Source of the DNA: the human T2T-CHM13v2.0 reference genome, Homo sapiens
Reading direction: 5' to 3' (one strand)
DNA: 64,000 bases
Assembly: GCF_009914755.1 (NCBI RefSeq)
Contig: NC_060925.1
In this document: positions 15,540 through 28,499 of the stretch, piece after piece
Position numbering within the stretch: position 1 is the stretch's first letter
How the letters are laid out: each line of letters begins with the position of its first letter
Notes under the pieces: model-generated
What the model saw: the letters and a program-made list of their open reading frames with translations, nothing else
What the model was told of the DNA's origin: nothing
The model's database searches: none
Translations under genes and position numbers: made by a program

Positions 15540-16640
15540 TATGTGTATGACTTACTGGCACCTCTGCTTTGATATTCCACAGATATCTCAAACCTCAGTA
15601 TGTTTTTAACTGAGCCTTTCCCAAGCCCTCTCCTCCTCATTTAATGTTACCAAAATCTCATCATTCATCCAAGCCAGGAATTAAGAGTTACTAGAATTTT
15701 CCTCTTCTTCCCCTCTCAAAAGAAATCAGTCAGGAGTCATGATGAGTCTATTTCTAAAATATCACTGGAATCTGTTTTGTCTTCTCCACTCCTACTAGCA
15801 CTGCCTTAATTCAGAATCACTTGCCAGAATTACTGAAATAGCTTCCTCAATATTATATCTGTGCTTCTGACATTGCCTCACAAATTCTTTCTTTATAATG
15901 CTACTAGCATTACATTTTAAAATTAAAATTTAATCACGACCGTCCTCCTTAAAAATCCTCAAATTTATAAGAACCCAAACTCCTTACTATGACTTACAAG
16001 ACTGTGATGACGACAGCTCCTATGTACAAAATGCCTGTCTTTTCATAATAATAGAATTACAGCTGGGAAGGGGTTATCCAGCCAACCCCCTTATGTTACA
16101 ATCCCCATAACCCAGCAACCAGGAGAGGTCATGTGAATAGTTCTCAGCAATGGCAGGACAGCAGGAGTGAAGTGTGCCACTTACTGGTTCAGACCTTAAA
16201 GTGAAAGTCTTGAGCACAGCCACCCAGGCATGATCACACAGATGAGAGCCTTGAGATGAATGGAGTCTGATCCAGGAATCACTTTGTGGAAGAGAGTTGC
16301 TGGTGGACCTGTAGCACCAACCCTGAACTATTCCTTGAAGGAGAAATAAACTTGTGTTGTGTTTGTGCTATTATATCTTGAGGCATTTTTTAACCATAAT
16401 TTAGCCCATCTCAGTACAAAACCTTTTATAATTCAATCCTTAATTACCTTTCCAACTTCATGTTTTACCAATTTTCAATTCCTCATTTGCATCCTAAGCT
16501 CCAGCATTACCAGACTATTTAAAATTCCATAGATAAGCAATGCTCACTCTTGCATTTATACCTTTGTTCCTGCTGTTCTATCCACAGGGTTATACCCTCT
16601 TCTTTAAGACTGGGTCAAGCAACACTACTCTCGAAAATTT
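15540..16640 (+). mobile_element. L2 fragments interrupted by an old MLT1-type LTR (~16020-16420)
   Basis: L2 motifs (tatctcaaacctcagtatg, catccaagccagg) and MLT1-like motifs (gtcatgtgaatagttct, gagaaataaacttgtg). Confidence 0.5.
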
Positions 16641-16644
16641 CTCT

Positions 16645-17041
16645 TGTTTTGGGTGGATTGTGCACAGCGCCCTCACCCCACCATTTGTGTGTTGAAGGCC
16701 TAACTCTCAGTATCATAGAATGTGACTGTACTTGCAGACAGGGCCTTTAAATAAGTAATTAGGTTAAATTAGGTCTTCAGGGTGGGCCTTAATCCAATTT
16801 GACTGGTATCCTTATAAGAAAAGGAAAGTTGAACATGCAGAGAGAGACAAGGGATGTGCAGGCACAGGACACAAAGAGAAGGTGTTCACCTGCAAGCCAA
16901 AAAGAAAAGCCACAAACAAAACTAAACCTGCCAACATGTTGATTTTAGACTTTTCACCTCCAAGACTGTGGGAATATACATTTCGATTAAGTCACCCAGT
17001 CTGTGGGTATTTTGTTACGGCAGCCCTAGTAAACTAATATA
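16645..17041 (+). mobile_element. MLT1B-like solo LTR
   Basis: agaatgtgactgta...gggtgggccttaatcc...aaacctgccaaca...cagccctagtaaactaata. Confidence 0.8.
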
Positions 17042-17554
17042 CCCCTTGAAGCAGGATATTTTCTTCTCTGAAATGTCATAGCATCCTGAGCATACCCCAT
17101 TTATCAAATATCTTTGCTATTTTTCAATCAGTGATTTACTTGTCTGTCTCCTCAACTAGTCTGTCAGTCTTTCAGGGAAAGTGACTCTGTCTACAAATCT
17201 GCTGCCTTAACTCCTGACAATATGTTTGGAAATTCATAAGAAATGGATAAATGTTCATTAGAATGGATTAATTTCTTCTCCACAACTTGCAACTTACCAG
17301 CAAGCAAATAATCAAGTAGTTTGAGTTTTTATTTGTTGTCTACTTTCTTTACATATATGGCCAGGGTGACAATCATGTAGCCTGATTTTGATACACGATT
17401 TCATCATTGGAGATTGACTTGCCATTTTTCATATTGTTTTGTGGACATTTTTAAAGGTATAGTTTCTATACCTTTGCAGATTTACTAAAGTCCAGAAGAT
17501 AAAGATGAATTTTATAGCAGGAACAAGATCTTCTGTCAGTAAAGTTGGTTGTGA

Positions 17555-17869
17555 TGTTGCAGTGGACTGCTGTTGCTATTTTGTCAACATTACAATAGCC
17601 TTCTTTTTCCAAGAATTACCCTCAAACCAAGCAGTTGGTTTAACCCAGTCTCTATGTCATACTTGGTTGGACAAGAGTGGTCACTAGATACAAGTTTAAC
17701 TAATAATATTTTTTTCCACAAATTTTGAATTGAGAGTGAGGGAAACTAGTTTTGATCTCTTCTGAGTGGCTGAAACTGAGAATTGTTGGGTAATCATGCG
17801 CATTGAGATGGAGAGATATTTGAATGAAGACAAAGACATATCCTAAATACAGATGTGAAAAGGGAGAGA

Positions 17870-17905
<36 letters not shown>

Positions 17906-18620
17906 AGTAATACCAGTTAATTTTCATTTTCTCATTTCGGTTCCTTATGAGGCCTATGGCACTCCTTGCTCTTGGGTTCCATGACATTTTTATATCAAAT
18001 TTCATTTGGTTTAATCTGGAATGAATTTCTGTCATTTGCAATAAAAAAGAGTACTTACTTAAATCAATTAGATAGTATAGTTGACATATGTAATTTTTAA
18101 ATTAGTATAGTTGACATATGTAATTTTTAATCACTCAAGTCATTCTTCCTTGATGCTAGTAATAATTATTCAATCATCTTTTTTGGAGCCACTTTCCTCT
18201 ATTCTAGTCTATAAAGCTCATTAGGGTCAAGCCTAGTACAAGGTAATTAGCTCAAGAAGGGACATAGAGATATATGACCTAAACTAGGTCAATAACTCTA
18301 TCAGCAATATTTGCTAGAACTTCTGAGAAATTGTGAGAAGTCAAAGCAATTTTTTTACCACTGAAATTTCTCAAATAGTAAAGACAACAGCTTGAAGCTC
18401 CTGGTTGCCCTGTTACCACCATGAAAAGAGTACCTTTGAGAATGAAACCAGTATAGAAGAAGTCAGGGCAAAAGACAGAAAAACCCAGATTCTTCACACA
18501 TCATTTGAGCACCAAGGTCCATGCATTTCTGAGGTCCTAGACTTTTCAGTTATTTCATCAATAAATGTCATTTTTTAAATCTGAATTTTGGTGTTGTTTG
18601 AAACAAAAAAGTCCAGATAA
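17555..18620 (+). mobile_element. Old MLT1 (K/L-like) LTR remnants containing (GA)n at ~17863-17904
   Basis: gagaattgttgggtaatcatg, tttctgtcatttgcaa and ttttcagttatttcatcaataaa motifs. Confidence 0.45.
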
Positions 18621-20999
18621 ACATGGATAGCATATCTTTATATGTCTTTGAGCTGGTGAAGTTTTATTATGTATACCTAACACCAAATTGAATGCCTAAC
18701 CCTGTATCTGAAATAAGTGGATGCTCAAGAACTTTCTGCTGAGACTGAATGAAGATGAAAAATGCTACCTATTGTGCCATTTGTGGATATGTCTTTTTAT
18801 AGCCTTACCTCTTCATCAGAAGTACTAAATCTGTGCTCTATAATCAGTGGATTTTCATCAGAGAAATTAGGTAAAAAGGGTTTTGGGTCCTTGTCACCAG
18901 AGCCAATCAGAATATTTGCCTCCCAAAGGCCAAATCATAAGTAGATTTTCCCTCTTCATTGTAGTATCTCCATTCTAAAGAGAACTTCTCATCCGTACCA
19001 GTGCAGTAGCCTCCTGAGAGGTCTCCAAGTCTCCAGATTGTTTCTACTGTAATCTGTTGGGGAGCTTAAATAACTTGATTAAAGTCCTATAGTTAGCTAG
19101 TGGCTGAGGAACTATTCGAACCCACAGGGGCTTGATTGACTTCAAAATCTTTGCTTAATTTCCCTACTGTTATACATATTGCATCACTTCATGATATAAT
19201 TCTTATATTTTCTGGGTTGAAAAACAAACTAAACATGGCCTCTTCAAACTTGGAGAGACTAGTAACAGTGAGACAAAAGCTGATCCAAGAAAATGCAACA
19301 AAACACACCCGTGTTGTTCTTACAGCTTTGCAGTTTTGTGAAAAGGAACACAGGAGATTTTGCTCTCATTTAGAACTGTCATTCATGGCTTTTGCTTGAA
19401 AATACCTGCTTTCAAATTCACACTGTGTCTCTGTCTACCAAGCGTATGTCTATGCATATGAAGTCCAGAGAAAGTAACTCTGCTAGACTGAACTGGGATG
19501 CATTCCAAGGACTCGGAGTCATGGGATAACAGATCTTATACAACCTAATAGGACTTGATTTGGCACAGGTAAAGTTTTTTTTATGAAAATTTACTTTCTC
19601 ATATATTGGTGAGACTGAACAGATCTAGCTATATATTGCTTAAATTTGCTTCATGTCAAGTTAAGAAGAAAACACTCATAAAGCAGCCATTCCTTCTTAA
19701 CAGAGAAAAGCTGTTTTTATCTTTTGAAATACTAGTTTAAGGAAGTGCATCAATAAAACCTTTAACTTTTTAAAAAATCTCATTTTATGATGTAAATTGA
19801 AAGCATATTTCTTATTTTGGAGAAGGCATTACTGATGTGCATAAACTCAATAGGGTTCTTCATACTCTAACCTAAAATTTTTGCCTAGGGCTCATTTTTG
19901 TGATTTCCTCAGAAACCAGAGAATGCAAAATAGTATTGAAGTAAGATGGAGGTGGATTTGGTATTGCAAAGTTAAATATTTTAAGTGCACAGCTAACATT
20001 GGAAAGGGCCTTATGCAAAGGAGATTCTGAAATTACTTTTAGTAATTTCATGACTTCCATCGAAACGGTAGCCAATATAGGATGAGAGAGAAAATAAGAG
20101 GACTCTTGGGATTGTGTTGATATCTGCTTTCCCTAGTCCCCTCAGAGGTGAAGTCCCTGAGGTCCCTCACTTGCAGAGTCAGATATCTCTGGATTTAAGT
20201 CCCAGCCCCACCACATATCACTTTTATGAATTTACCCAAGTTACTTAGTTTTCTCCTTTATTTATCATACACTTGCCTAGCAATTTCCTGAGCCAGGCCC
20301 CATTTGAAGCCTTTATACTCTTGGAAAGCTGAAAACTTGAGCACTATCTCACTCCCAGTTTACAAATGAAGTGGGTCACAGACAGAGTTAAGCAAATTTC
20401 CCCAAATAGATGATAACAGAATTGGTAAGAACCAGAAGACAGACCCAGGAAACTTGGTTCTACAGTGCGTGCTCTTTACCACTACTTAACCTGCCATGTT
20501 AAACTATGGCAAGTAATAAAACAATCTTGCTTCTTCCTGCTGTGGTGAGGTTTCATTGAGATAATCTGCATAAAACATCTTACACAATTTAACAGGCAGG
20601 CATATAGTAAGCCAGTCTGCAGAGTCTGGAATTAGTTAGTCCGTTGCTGTAAAGCTGGTGTATCTGGTAGGTCCTGGGTGTTCATGGACCCACCACACCA
20701 AAATGATCTCCAATAGTCCACTCAACTGGCACAGTTTGCCTACCGGAACTTCTGCTATAGGTTTTCTATTTGACACTTCTATTTCCAATTGGACTGTGGC
20801 CCAGAACTAACCTTCAGTTCATTTGGCTGGGGTCCTGACCATTTGCATTCCAGGAATCAGATATGCATGCTCACAGGTCTTATGTTCCCGGTTCTGCTAT
20901 ACTTTATTTTCACTGGTTGATTTGCCCCTGCTTGTCCTTGAGCAGACTTATATAATTCCAGGTGCAGTAACTCCATAAGTAGGTTTTCAGTGACCTGGG

Positions 21000-21223
21000 A
21001 TAGCACGGTACATTAGAAAAGGAATAAACTCAAGAGTTCCAGGACTAGGTTTGTATCTCAGCCTCAGCACTGTGTTCTTGGGGAAGTCAATGATCTGCTC
21101 TATGCCTTAGTTTTCCTCATCAGTAAAAATAGGGATAAAAATTCTTACTCTCAGGGTCATTGTTAAAATTAAACATGGTAACTTCTGTGGATATATCTAA
21201 CACCATGCTTAAGCTAAAGTAGG
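21000..21223 (+). mobile_element. MIR (host of the THE1A solo LTR)
   Basis: MIR core: ctctatgccttagttttcctcatcagtaaaaataggga. Confidence 0.7.
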
Positions 21224-21581
21224 TGATACAGTTTGGCTGTGTCCCCACCCAAATTTCAACTTGAATTGTATCTCCCAGAATTCCCACATGTTGTGGGAGG
21301 GACCCAGTGGGAGGTAAATGAATCATGGGGGCCGGTCTTTCCCATGCTAGTCTCATGATAGTGAATAAGCCTCACAAGATAAGATGGGTTTATCAGGGGT
21401 TTCTGCTTTTGCTTCCTCCTCATCTTCTCTTGCTACCACCATGTAAGAAGTGCCTTTCAGCTCCCACCATAATTCTGACATCTCCTCAGCCATGTGGAAC
21501 TGTAAGTCCAATTAAACCTCTTTTTCTTCTCAGTCTTGATTGGGTATGTCTTTTTCAGCAGTGTAAAAATGGACTAATACA
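21224..21581 (+). mobile_element. THE1A solo LTR
   Basis: TGATA...TAATACA with a perfect 5-bp TSD GTAGG (21219-21223 and 21582-21586). Confidence 0.95.
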
Positions 21582-22197
21582 GTAGGTGTGCAACAACTTT
21601 TTCTTTCTTTCTTTTTCTGAAAGTAAAGGAGAACTCCATATGTCTGGAAAAATAATTCGAATTAACCTTCACATCGGACAATGCACAAACCCAGGCTTTC
21701 CCACTACTGTAGATTTGGGTTGCTGAGTTTCAGGTTACATTGCTGAGACATTAATGCTGTTGGGGTCTGAATTTCTTGAATCATTGTTGAGTACTGGTGA
21801 CTAAAATAAACAATGTGATATGGTTTAGAAACTTTGTTACGTTCTATACACTTGTTTATCTACGTGTACATGTTCTAAAAATGTTTACATATATGTGCTA
21901 TGGTTTGTTCTGTTTTGATAGGATGAATGGGTGTTTGTGGCTGGGAATTCTAAGAAGCAAAATGTAAAAAAATAAATTATTTGTAGTAATCAAAACATAA
22001 TTAAGTGCTAGAGAGCACAGTCATGGATTTCATCATGGCTTTTAGCATAGTGAGTGTGATGAAATGGTAGAGGTTTCCTGTAATGCCTTAGAAAAAGCCT
22101 GTATCACACTTCACTGCATAGGGACAGTAACTGCTATCATATAAAACCAATGCTCTGCAAAACTAGACATGAGCCTTTGAGATTTATACGTTGCCAC

Positions 22198-22557
22198 TGA
22201 TATGCTTTGGCTGTATCCCCACCCAAATCTCTGCTTGAATTATACATGGTAGGGACCCAGTGGGAGGTAATTGAATCATGGGGGTGGTTACCTCCATGCT
22301 GGTCTTGTGATAGTGAGTGAGGTCTCATGAGATCTGATGGTTTTATAACGGACTTTTCCCCACCCTGCTTTGCTCTACAATTCTCCTTCCTGCTGCCATG
22401 TGAATAAGGATGTGTTTGCTTCCCCTTCCACCATTAACTGTAAGTTTCCTGAGGTTTCCCCAGCTCTGTGGAACTGTGAGTCAATTAAACCTCTTTCCTT
22501 TATAATTTACCCAGTCTCAAGAAGACCTTTACAGCAGGCTGTGAACTAACTAATACA
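22198..22557 (+). mobile_element. THE1C/D-like solo LTR
   Basis: TGATATG...TAATACA; degenerate TSD gccac/gtcgc. Confidence 0.9.
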
Positions 22558-23761
22558 GTCGCTAATTTGAAAATGGCTGCATACCAATTTGCAGTCATAA
22601 TGGAAGGGGAGAGGCATAATCTAATCACTGAGACTTGAGTCTCACGTGCATAATAACTCCATATGCCATTAGTTTAGCAAGTGTGTTTGATTTCATGTAC
22701 TTCGTTACTTGTACAAGATTTTTTTTAATTATACAGAAACAGATAAGCATGTTTCACTGAAGCAGATTTTGCAATAACTGAAAAGAAAAATGACAAGAGT
22801 CATTTCATCTGAATTGTGAAATGCTGCCTTACAGGAAGGACCACAGCCTATCTGCAGAAGCCTATCTGCATTGCTTCTGCCAACCCTACTCTCTCTGTGG
22901 ATGAGTCTCTTCCACAAATGTTCCCTTTAGACAGATGTCATAAAGAAAAAGAAAGGACGAATTAGAGCACGCTTCTCAAAAGTTCTGGCTAGTATTAAAA
23001 TTTTTTCTTTGAGTTAAATATTGGACTGGATTCAAATAGAGTTTGCATTTTATTCACAGAGCTCCTCCATTCTCTCCTCCATTGTCTCTTCAGGCGTGGG
23101 GTAAAGGAGTGTTGGGAAAAGTTTATGCGGCGGAAGGGAGTTACATACACAAACACACATCTACGGATAAATATACGAAAGATTTGTTTCTTATAAAACA
23201 ATAGGAACAATCTAAGTTTCTGAGGTTAATGGCTCCTCCCTTAAGAAGTTTAGTATTTCATAATTTTCTGTGTACAAAATGCAGTTTCACATTGCCTGTG
23301 CCCTAAATTGCTTTCTGATGTTGAATGATAGAAATCATCAAGCGACATTAAATTAATTCCACATCTCTAAGTTGTCCAAAGGGATTAAGCTCCTCCTCTT
23401 AAAGTGTCCCATAGCACCAGAGAATACTTGAGACACTGAACAGGAAAGGAAGAATATTCCAGACAGAAGGAGTAGCAGGTTTAGCCTTGGAGTCAAGGAA
23501 TGTAAAATAGTTCAAAAGAGTACAGTTCAAGGGAAAGAGAAATAATGAAGTTAGACAAATGGTAAAGGTCATGATGGATTTTGTAAGCCTTGTGAAAGAG
23601 TTTGGAAAGCAATGAAATGCATCATTAACTACAAAGAAAAAAACATCAAGGACATTTTTACTGAGACTTAACTTGCCAAATGATTTTATGGACACTTGAG
23701 ACATTCTAGTTTTCTAGATACTGACGCTGGCACAGGTAGGTGAAGGTCTAGATATTCTAGG

Positions 23762-23880
23762 GTAGCACTGTTCAATACAACTTTCTATCCTGTCCAATAT
23801 GATTACCAGTAGTTACATGTGGCTACCAAGAACTTGAAATGTAGCTAGCATAATGGTAATTTAATGTAAGGCAGTGGATA
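23762..23880. mobile_element. MER3-like DNA transposon fragment
   Basis: gcactgttcaatacaactttct...tgtccaatatg...catgtggcta...ttgaaatgtagctag. Confidence 0.55.
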
Positions 23881-24729
23881 GTGGAGGAAAATAGAGAGAG
23901 GCTTGCTGGGGATTAGACACTGGGAATATGGGCAGAACTCCAAAACCACCTCTGCAAATCCAGATCAACATTAAGAATATGGCAAAGTTCAGTTAATGTG
24001 GGACATAACAAATCTAAAAGAGTAAATGTGTCAAAGTCCAGAGGCAAATTTCCAGCACGTACTGGCAGGAGTTAAGGAGTGAAGGAAGACACGAAGAAGG
24101 GTCAGGAAAATTTTAACTTGATTTGTTAGAGTTATTTCAGAAGGTACAGAGTGTGAGCTCCATGGATTAACTTTCAGTGGTCTTAAATGAGAAACAGATT
24201 GAAGTAAACAACCTATTGCATATGGAGGGATTAACCAACCAAGAGGAAAACAAAGTTAAGGACATCCTGAGTGCCTTACTTCTTGCACATCTAGAACAAT
24301 CAGCTGTCTAATAGTTAATATTTTCTACCTCAAACTCAAAGCCATTTATAAATAAATTTTTGCCAGAACTATGAAAGATTCCTTTAAAATAAACAGACTC
24401 TAAAATAATTCAGGCAACTGATTACAAAGAATGGAGGCATTCCAGTAGGACTAATTCCTTCACCTCACTGGGTCACAAGTTCCTCATAAGTAAATGACAG
24501 GGTGGGTTTGCTCACCTTTCACGGGAAAAAGGAGCAAGCGTATTGGCAATCCACTACTTTCAAACAAAATCAGACTAAAAACATATAAGAAAGTCAAATA
24601 TGCAAGAGATAATGTATTTTAGAGTGGGGATTCTGTTCTACAGAGAGCTAAAACTGATTTAAATTTCATAAATATGCCTCTCCTTTTAGATATAATACCC
24701 AATAAATTCCAGCATTTCATGCTATTCTT

Positions 24730-25040
24730 CTTCTTCTTCTTTTTATTTTATTTTTTTTAGATGAAGTCTTGCTCTGTCGCCCAGGACGATCTTGGCTCAC
24801 TGCAACCTCCACCTTCCAGGTTCAAGCGATTCTCTCACCTCAGCCTCCTGAGTAGCTGGGACTACAGGAGCCTACCACCACGCCTGGCTAATTTTCATTT
24901 TTTTTGTTGTTGTTTTTATTTTGTAGAGATGGGGTTTCACCATGTTGACCAGGCTGGCCTAAAACCCCTGATCTCAAGTAATCTGCCTGCCTCGGCCTCC
25001 AAAGTGCTGGAATTACAGGCGTAAGCCACTGTGCCAGGCC
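24730..25040 (-). mobile_element. AluS with a small internal deletion
   Basis: Perfect 17-bp TSD catttcatgctattctt (24713-24729 and 25041-25057). Confidence 0.95.
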
Positions 25041-25639
25041 CATTTCATGCTATTCTTTAAATTTGCTTCCTTTGTAAATGAAGACACTATTAATCAGTTT
25101 AATTTTAATGTGTCCAATAGAAACTAAATGCTAACTATCGATTGCATGCTTAATTACTTTTACCTTTGTCTTAACTCTACTGTTCCTTACCTAACTTTTT
25201 ATAACTACTTTCTGCATTTTTGCATCTTCATTTTCCACCCATTTTTGAATAATAAAAGAAAATAACAATAAAGCATTAAAATTATTTTTAACACCATTGT
25301 TCAAGAAAACTTAGAGATACTGTATAACCTATAGAAAGAAATCATAAGAAACAAACACTTGTTTGCTGATTACAAACCTCTAAATTTGGTGTAGGAAAGG
25401 TCATGTAAGAGTTTCAGTGCATAATTCACAAAAACACAGATGTATTAAAAGAGCAATGTATCAAAGTCAGGAGCAATTTCTTCTGTTCCCTGTATTTCAA
25501 TATCTTTGCCTTTTACTTTGGATTTGTAGGATATTTGCATATGATGGGGAAACATGCTAGTATACCTTCAGCAGGGAAATATACGGAGTAGAAGAAGGAG
25601 ATTGATTGGGCAGCACTGGTAAAGAAAAGGAAAAGAATA

Positions 25640-26390
25640 ACAATATTAACTGAGCACTACCCAGGTACCTAAAGATGCACTTAATTAACTCACATATTCC
25701 TCACAGCAATTCCTTCACTCTTTACACTAATATTTCCTTAGCACCTCCAATGTGCCAGGCACTGTGCTTGGTAGATTCAAGGACAGACAAGACAAAGCCT
25801 GTCTCTGCCCTTGGGAAACTCATATTCTAATATAGAAAACAAAAAGGTAGACAGACAAACAGAAACAAATTACTAAATAGGACAGGCACCATGAAGGAAA
25901 CAAATGAGCTGAGATAGTAAATAATAGAGAAACCTACTGTAGATAGGAATATCAAGAAAAAATGCTTCGAGAAAGTACTTAAGCTGTTAACCAAAGGAAG
26001 AAACAGAGCTGTAGCATGCAGGAGGTAGGGAAAAAAGTGGGATAGCATGTGCAAAGAACCTGGGGCAGGAAAGATCCTTATGTCTGCTGAGTAATGAGTG
26101 GGCTGGTGGGGGCAAGTGGAGAAGTATTAGGAGCAGGTGTGGTGGTCTAGCTGAGAAATTAGTTTTGCCTGAATTAGGAGTTTTAGAGATGGAGAGAAAT
26201 GAATAGTAGAAGATATATTTTGAAGGTAGAGTCAACAGTACTTGCCACATTTACTTATTAATATTCTCACATAACAGATGAGAAATGGCCTGAAAGATTC
26301 AGAATTAATTAAAGTTCTTGTAGTAAGTAACTTCGTGATGGGGTTATGAACCCTGCCTTCCTTAAAGCCCCTTCTACTACATCACACTTC
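25640..26390 (-). mobile_element. L2 (~25730-26250) flanked by MIR pieces
   Basis: gcacctccaatgtgccaggcactgtgct...tctgcccttgggaaactcatattcta...tttgaaggtagagtcaacagtacttg. Confidence 0.65.
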
Positions 26391-26459
26391 CTAGTTTTGT
26401 TAATTCAAGGTTAATGTAGGTTTTATAGAGTCCTAAAAGTGGAAGTTTTTTGCCAGTCT

Positions 26460-26936
26460 AATGATGTTGAATTAGAATGTGTTTTAATAACCTGAACAAA
26501 TAACAGATTTTCCATTCACAAACCCATAACCTTATGTCACTGAAGAGGGCATCAAATTCTACAAACACCCTTTACATATTTCTTCTGGACCAAATGTTAA
26601 AATACTCTTGCATTTCTTCCAGAGATGCACTGCATTACCAGCATGCATATGAAAAAATTTCTGTTGACTAAAGCAGCAGTCTTGGCAATTCTGAACCATG
26701 TGCTATTCTTACTATAAGTCTAAATTGGGTAGTTCGAGTGACCAACCAGTTTGTTCAGCTTTGCTAAAAATATGCCCATGTTTGCCCAAATGACCTGGCT
26801 TGCTGGTAATCTCCCACCTTTCCGAGTCAATCAACACATGGAAAGTGCTCAAAATAAGCAGGGATTAGAGTCACAAACTCAGCTGGAGGAGCTTGCTTTT
26901 TTAAAACACAGCACTCCTGTAGTTATTTTCTTCATG
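26460..26936 (-). other. PTGER3: Probable 3'UTR of the LICSLQ terminal exon, with an ATTAAA signal at 26483-26488
   Basis: Unique sequence after the stop; plus-strand TTTAAT at 26483-26488. The end is inferred. Confidence 0.55.
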
Positions 26937-27089
26937 TTATTCTGTCTTTACTGTTGAGATTCTGGTGTACACATTAATGCTGCTCACGAGTACCTCCATT
27001 TCTTCTCTGTTCAGCACACGATAGGTTTGTACTTGCCCACAATGTGCAGTTGCCCTCTGTATCTGAGAGTTCTGCAAACTGCAGATTAA
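26937..27089 (-). CDS. PTGER3: PTGER3 alternative terminal exon, coding part: LICSLQNSQIQRATAHCGQVQTYRVLNREEMEVLVSSINVYTRISTVKTE*
   Basis: tctgtggttag|TTA ATC TGC ... ACA GAA TAA; 153 nt open in phase 0 after the micro-exon. Matches a recalled EP3 isoform tail (MRKRRLREQLICSLQ...). Confidence 0.88.
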   Translation of the reverse strand, partial: LICSLQNSQIQRATAHCGQVQTYRVLNREEMEVLVSSINVYTRISTVKTE

Positions 27090-27378
27090 CTAACCACAGA
27101 TCAAAATATTGAGAAAAGAAAATAATAAAAAATAACAATATGAAAATAAAAATAATACAAATAAAAAGGTGATACAGTATAATCACTATTTATACAACAT
27201 TTACATTGTATTAGGCATTATAAATAATCCAGAGATTATTTAAAATGTTCAGGAGGATGTGCATAGGTTATATGCAAATACTACTCTAATTTATATAAGG
27301 GATTTGAGCATCCTGGGATTTTGGTAGGGGGAAGGTGGTCATGTAACTAATCCCCAGTGGATACCGAGGAACAACCAT
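27047..27378 (-). mobile_element. MER2 (TcMar-Tigger non-autonomous DNA transposon)
   Basis: Inverted termini cagttgccctctgtatc and gataccgaggaacaac; internal ggaggatgtgcataggttatatgcaaatact. Confidence 0.85.
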
Positions 27379-27734
27379 ACTTCTTTAGGTTGGCATCACA
27401 TACTTGGTCTGGCAGTATTTAAGAGCTGCCATACAGTTCTTCCCTTCTGTGTGCAGTGGAGTCTAGTGATGCTTGAAGCCTCCAATAGCCTGAGTCTCTG
27501 ATGAGGACAATGTGCTGCCAAGTCCCCACAGCTGATCCCCAACAGACATGTTATATGGGGGCAAAGACCTTTTGTCATTTTTAAATGCTAAGACTTGGGG
27601 ATTTGTTGTTGTTGTTGCTGCTGCTACTATATATCCTAATCTTTGTGACTGGGATAGGTTCCTTCACATTCTTGATAGGAAGGAAAACACGAACTTTCAA
27701 TTTAAGGAAATATGACAAACAGTACAGTTGGCAG

Positions 27735-27920
27735 AAAGTGAAGAGGTTTGGATTCAAATGCAACTAGTTTTAATACTATCTTTGCAACTTACTTGCTCTC
27801 TGAGTCTTCTTTTTCTCATCTGAAAAAGAGTAATAACAGTATAAGTTTGCTATAATTTAATATGCAAAGTTCCTAGAAGGATGCTAAACCACAGATGATG
27901 TTCAATGAAAATAGCTATTT
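27735..27920 (+). mobile_element. MIR containing the 27-nt exon on its antisense strand
   Basis: gcaacttacttgctctctgagtcttctttttctcatctgaaaaagagtaataacagta aligns to the MIR core gcaagttacttaacctctctgagcctcagtttcctcatctgtaaaatggggataataatagta. Confidence 0.75.
27793..27819 (-). CDS. PTGER3: PTGER3 27-nt micro-exon encoding MRKRRLREQ (EP3-IV/e/f-type tails)
   Basis: ttactctttttcag|ATG AGA AAA AGA AGA CTC AGA GAG CAA|gtaagt, with a consensus donor. The peptide matches recalled EP3 isoform tails. Confidence 0.94.
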
Positions 27921-28499
27921 CTGTGAGGGGTAATGGTAAATAGACTAAAAGTATAGCAAAAGATAAACAACATGGGCATGGCTGAATCTGAAGAGACTAC
28001 AGAAATGGGGAACACTGTCATTCATCCCCTCGGTTCTGCCTACCAAGCATCTCCTAGTCATAGGCATGCTTTTCTGTCTCTTCTGTGTTCAACTCATGCT
28101 TTCCCTGTCCCGTCCCCACTCCTCTGTCACACGCTGCTCCCAGGAAAGTATATAGAAATCACTCACTAAGATAGCTGCATTTTAACAGGAATTAAGTTAA
28201 AGGGCTAAAGCTCCAACTTAGTATTTTAGGCCTTAGGTGGAAAAGGGCAGTGGATATCTCTCACCTGAACCCAGGCTGGCCAAGAGGATCCATCTAGCTT
28301 AATTATGTCCACTTTTTGGGTCCACTAACCTAGGAAGGTCTATTGGACCAGTCTTTATAAAAGACTTTTATGAGGCTTCATTTTGTGAAGCTGTCCAGAT
28401 CTGCTGGAAAGACTACCATTATAGTTTGGCAGGATCTTCTGTGGGGTCAGGAGTGGGGACTGGCAGTACTAGTGCTGTATGTCGACATTACTCTTAAAA

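Noticed and set aside
26974-27186. ORF-track 70-aa hydrophobic protein
   Set aside because: The hydrophobic N-terminus is the T-rich interior of MER2; the recognised exon uses another frame.
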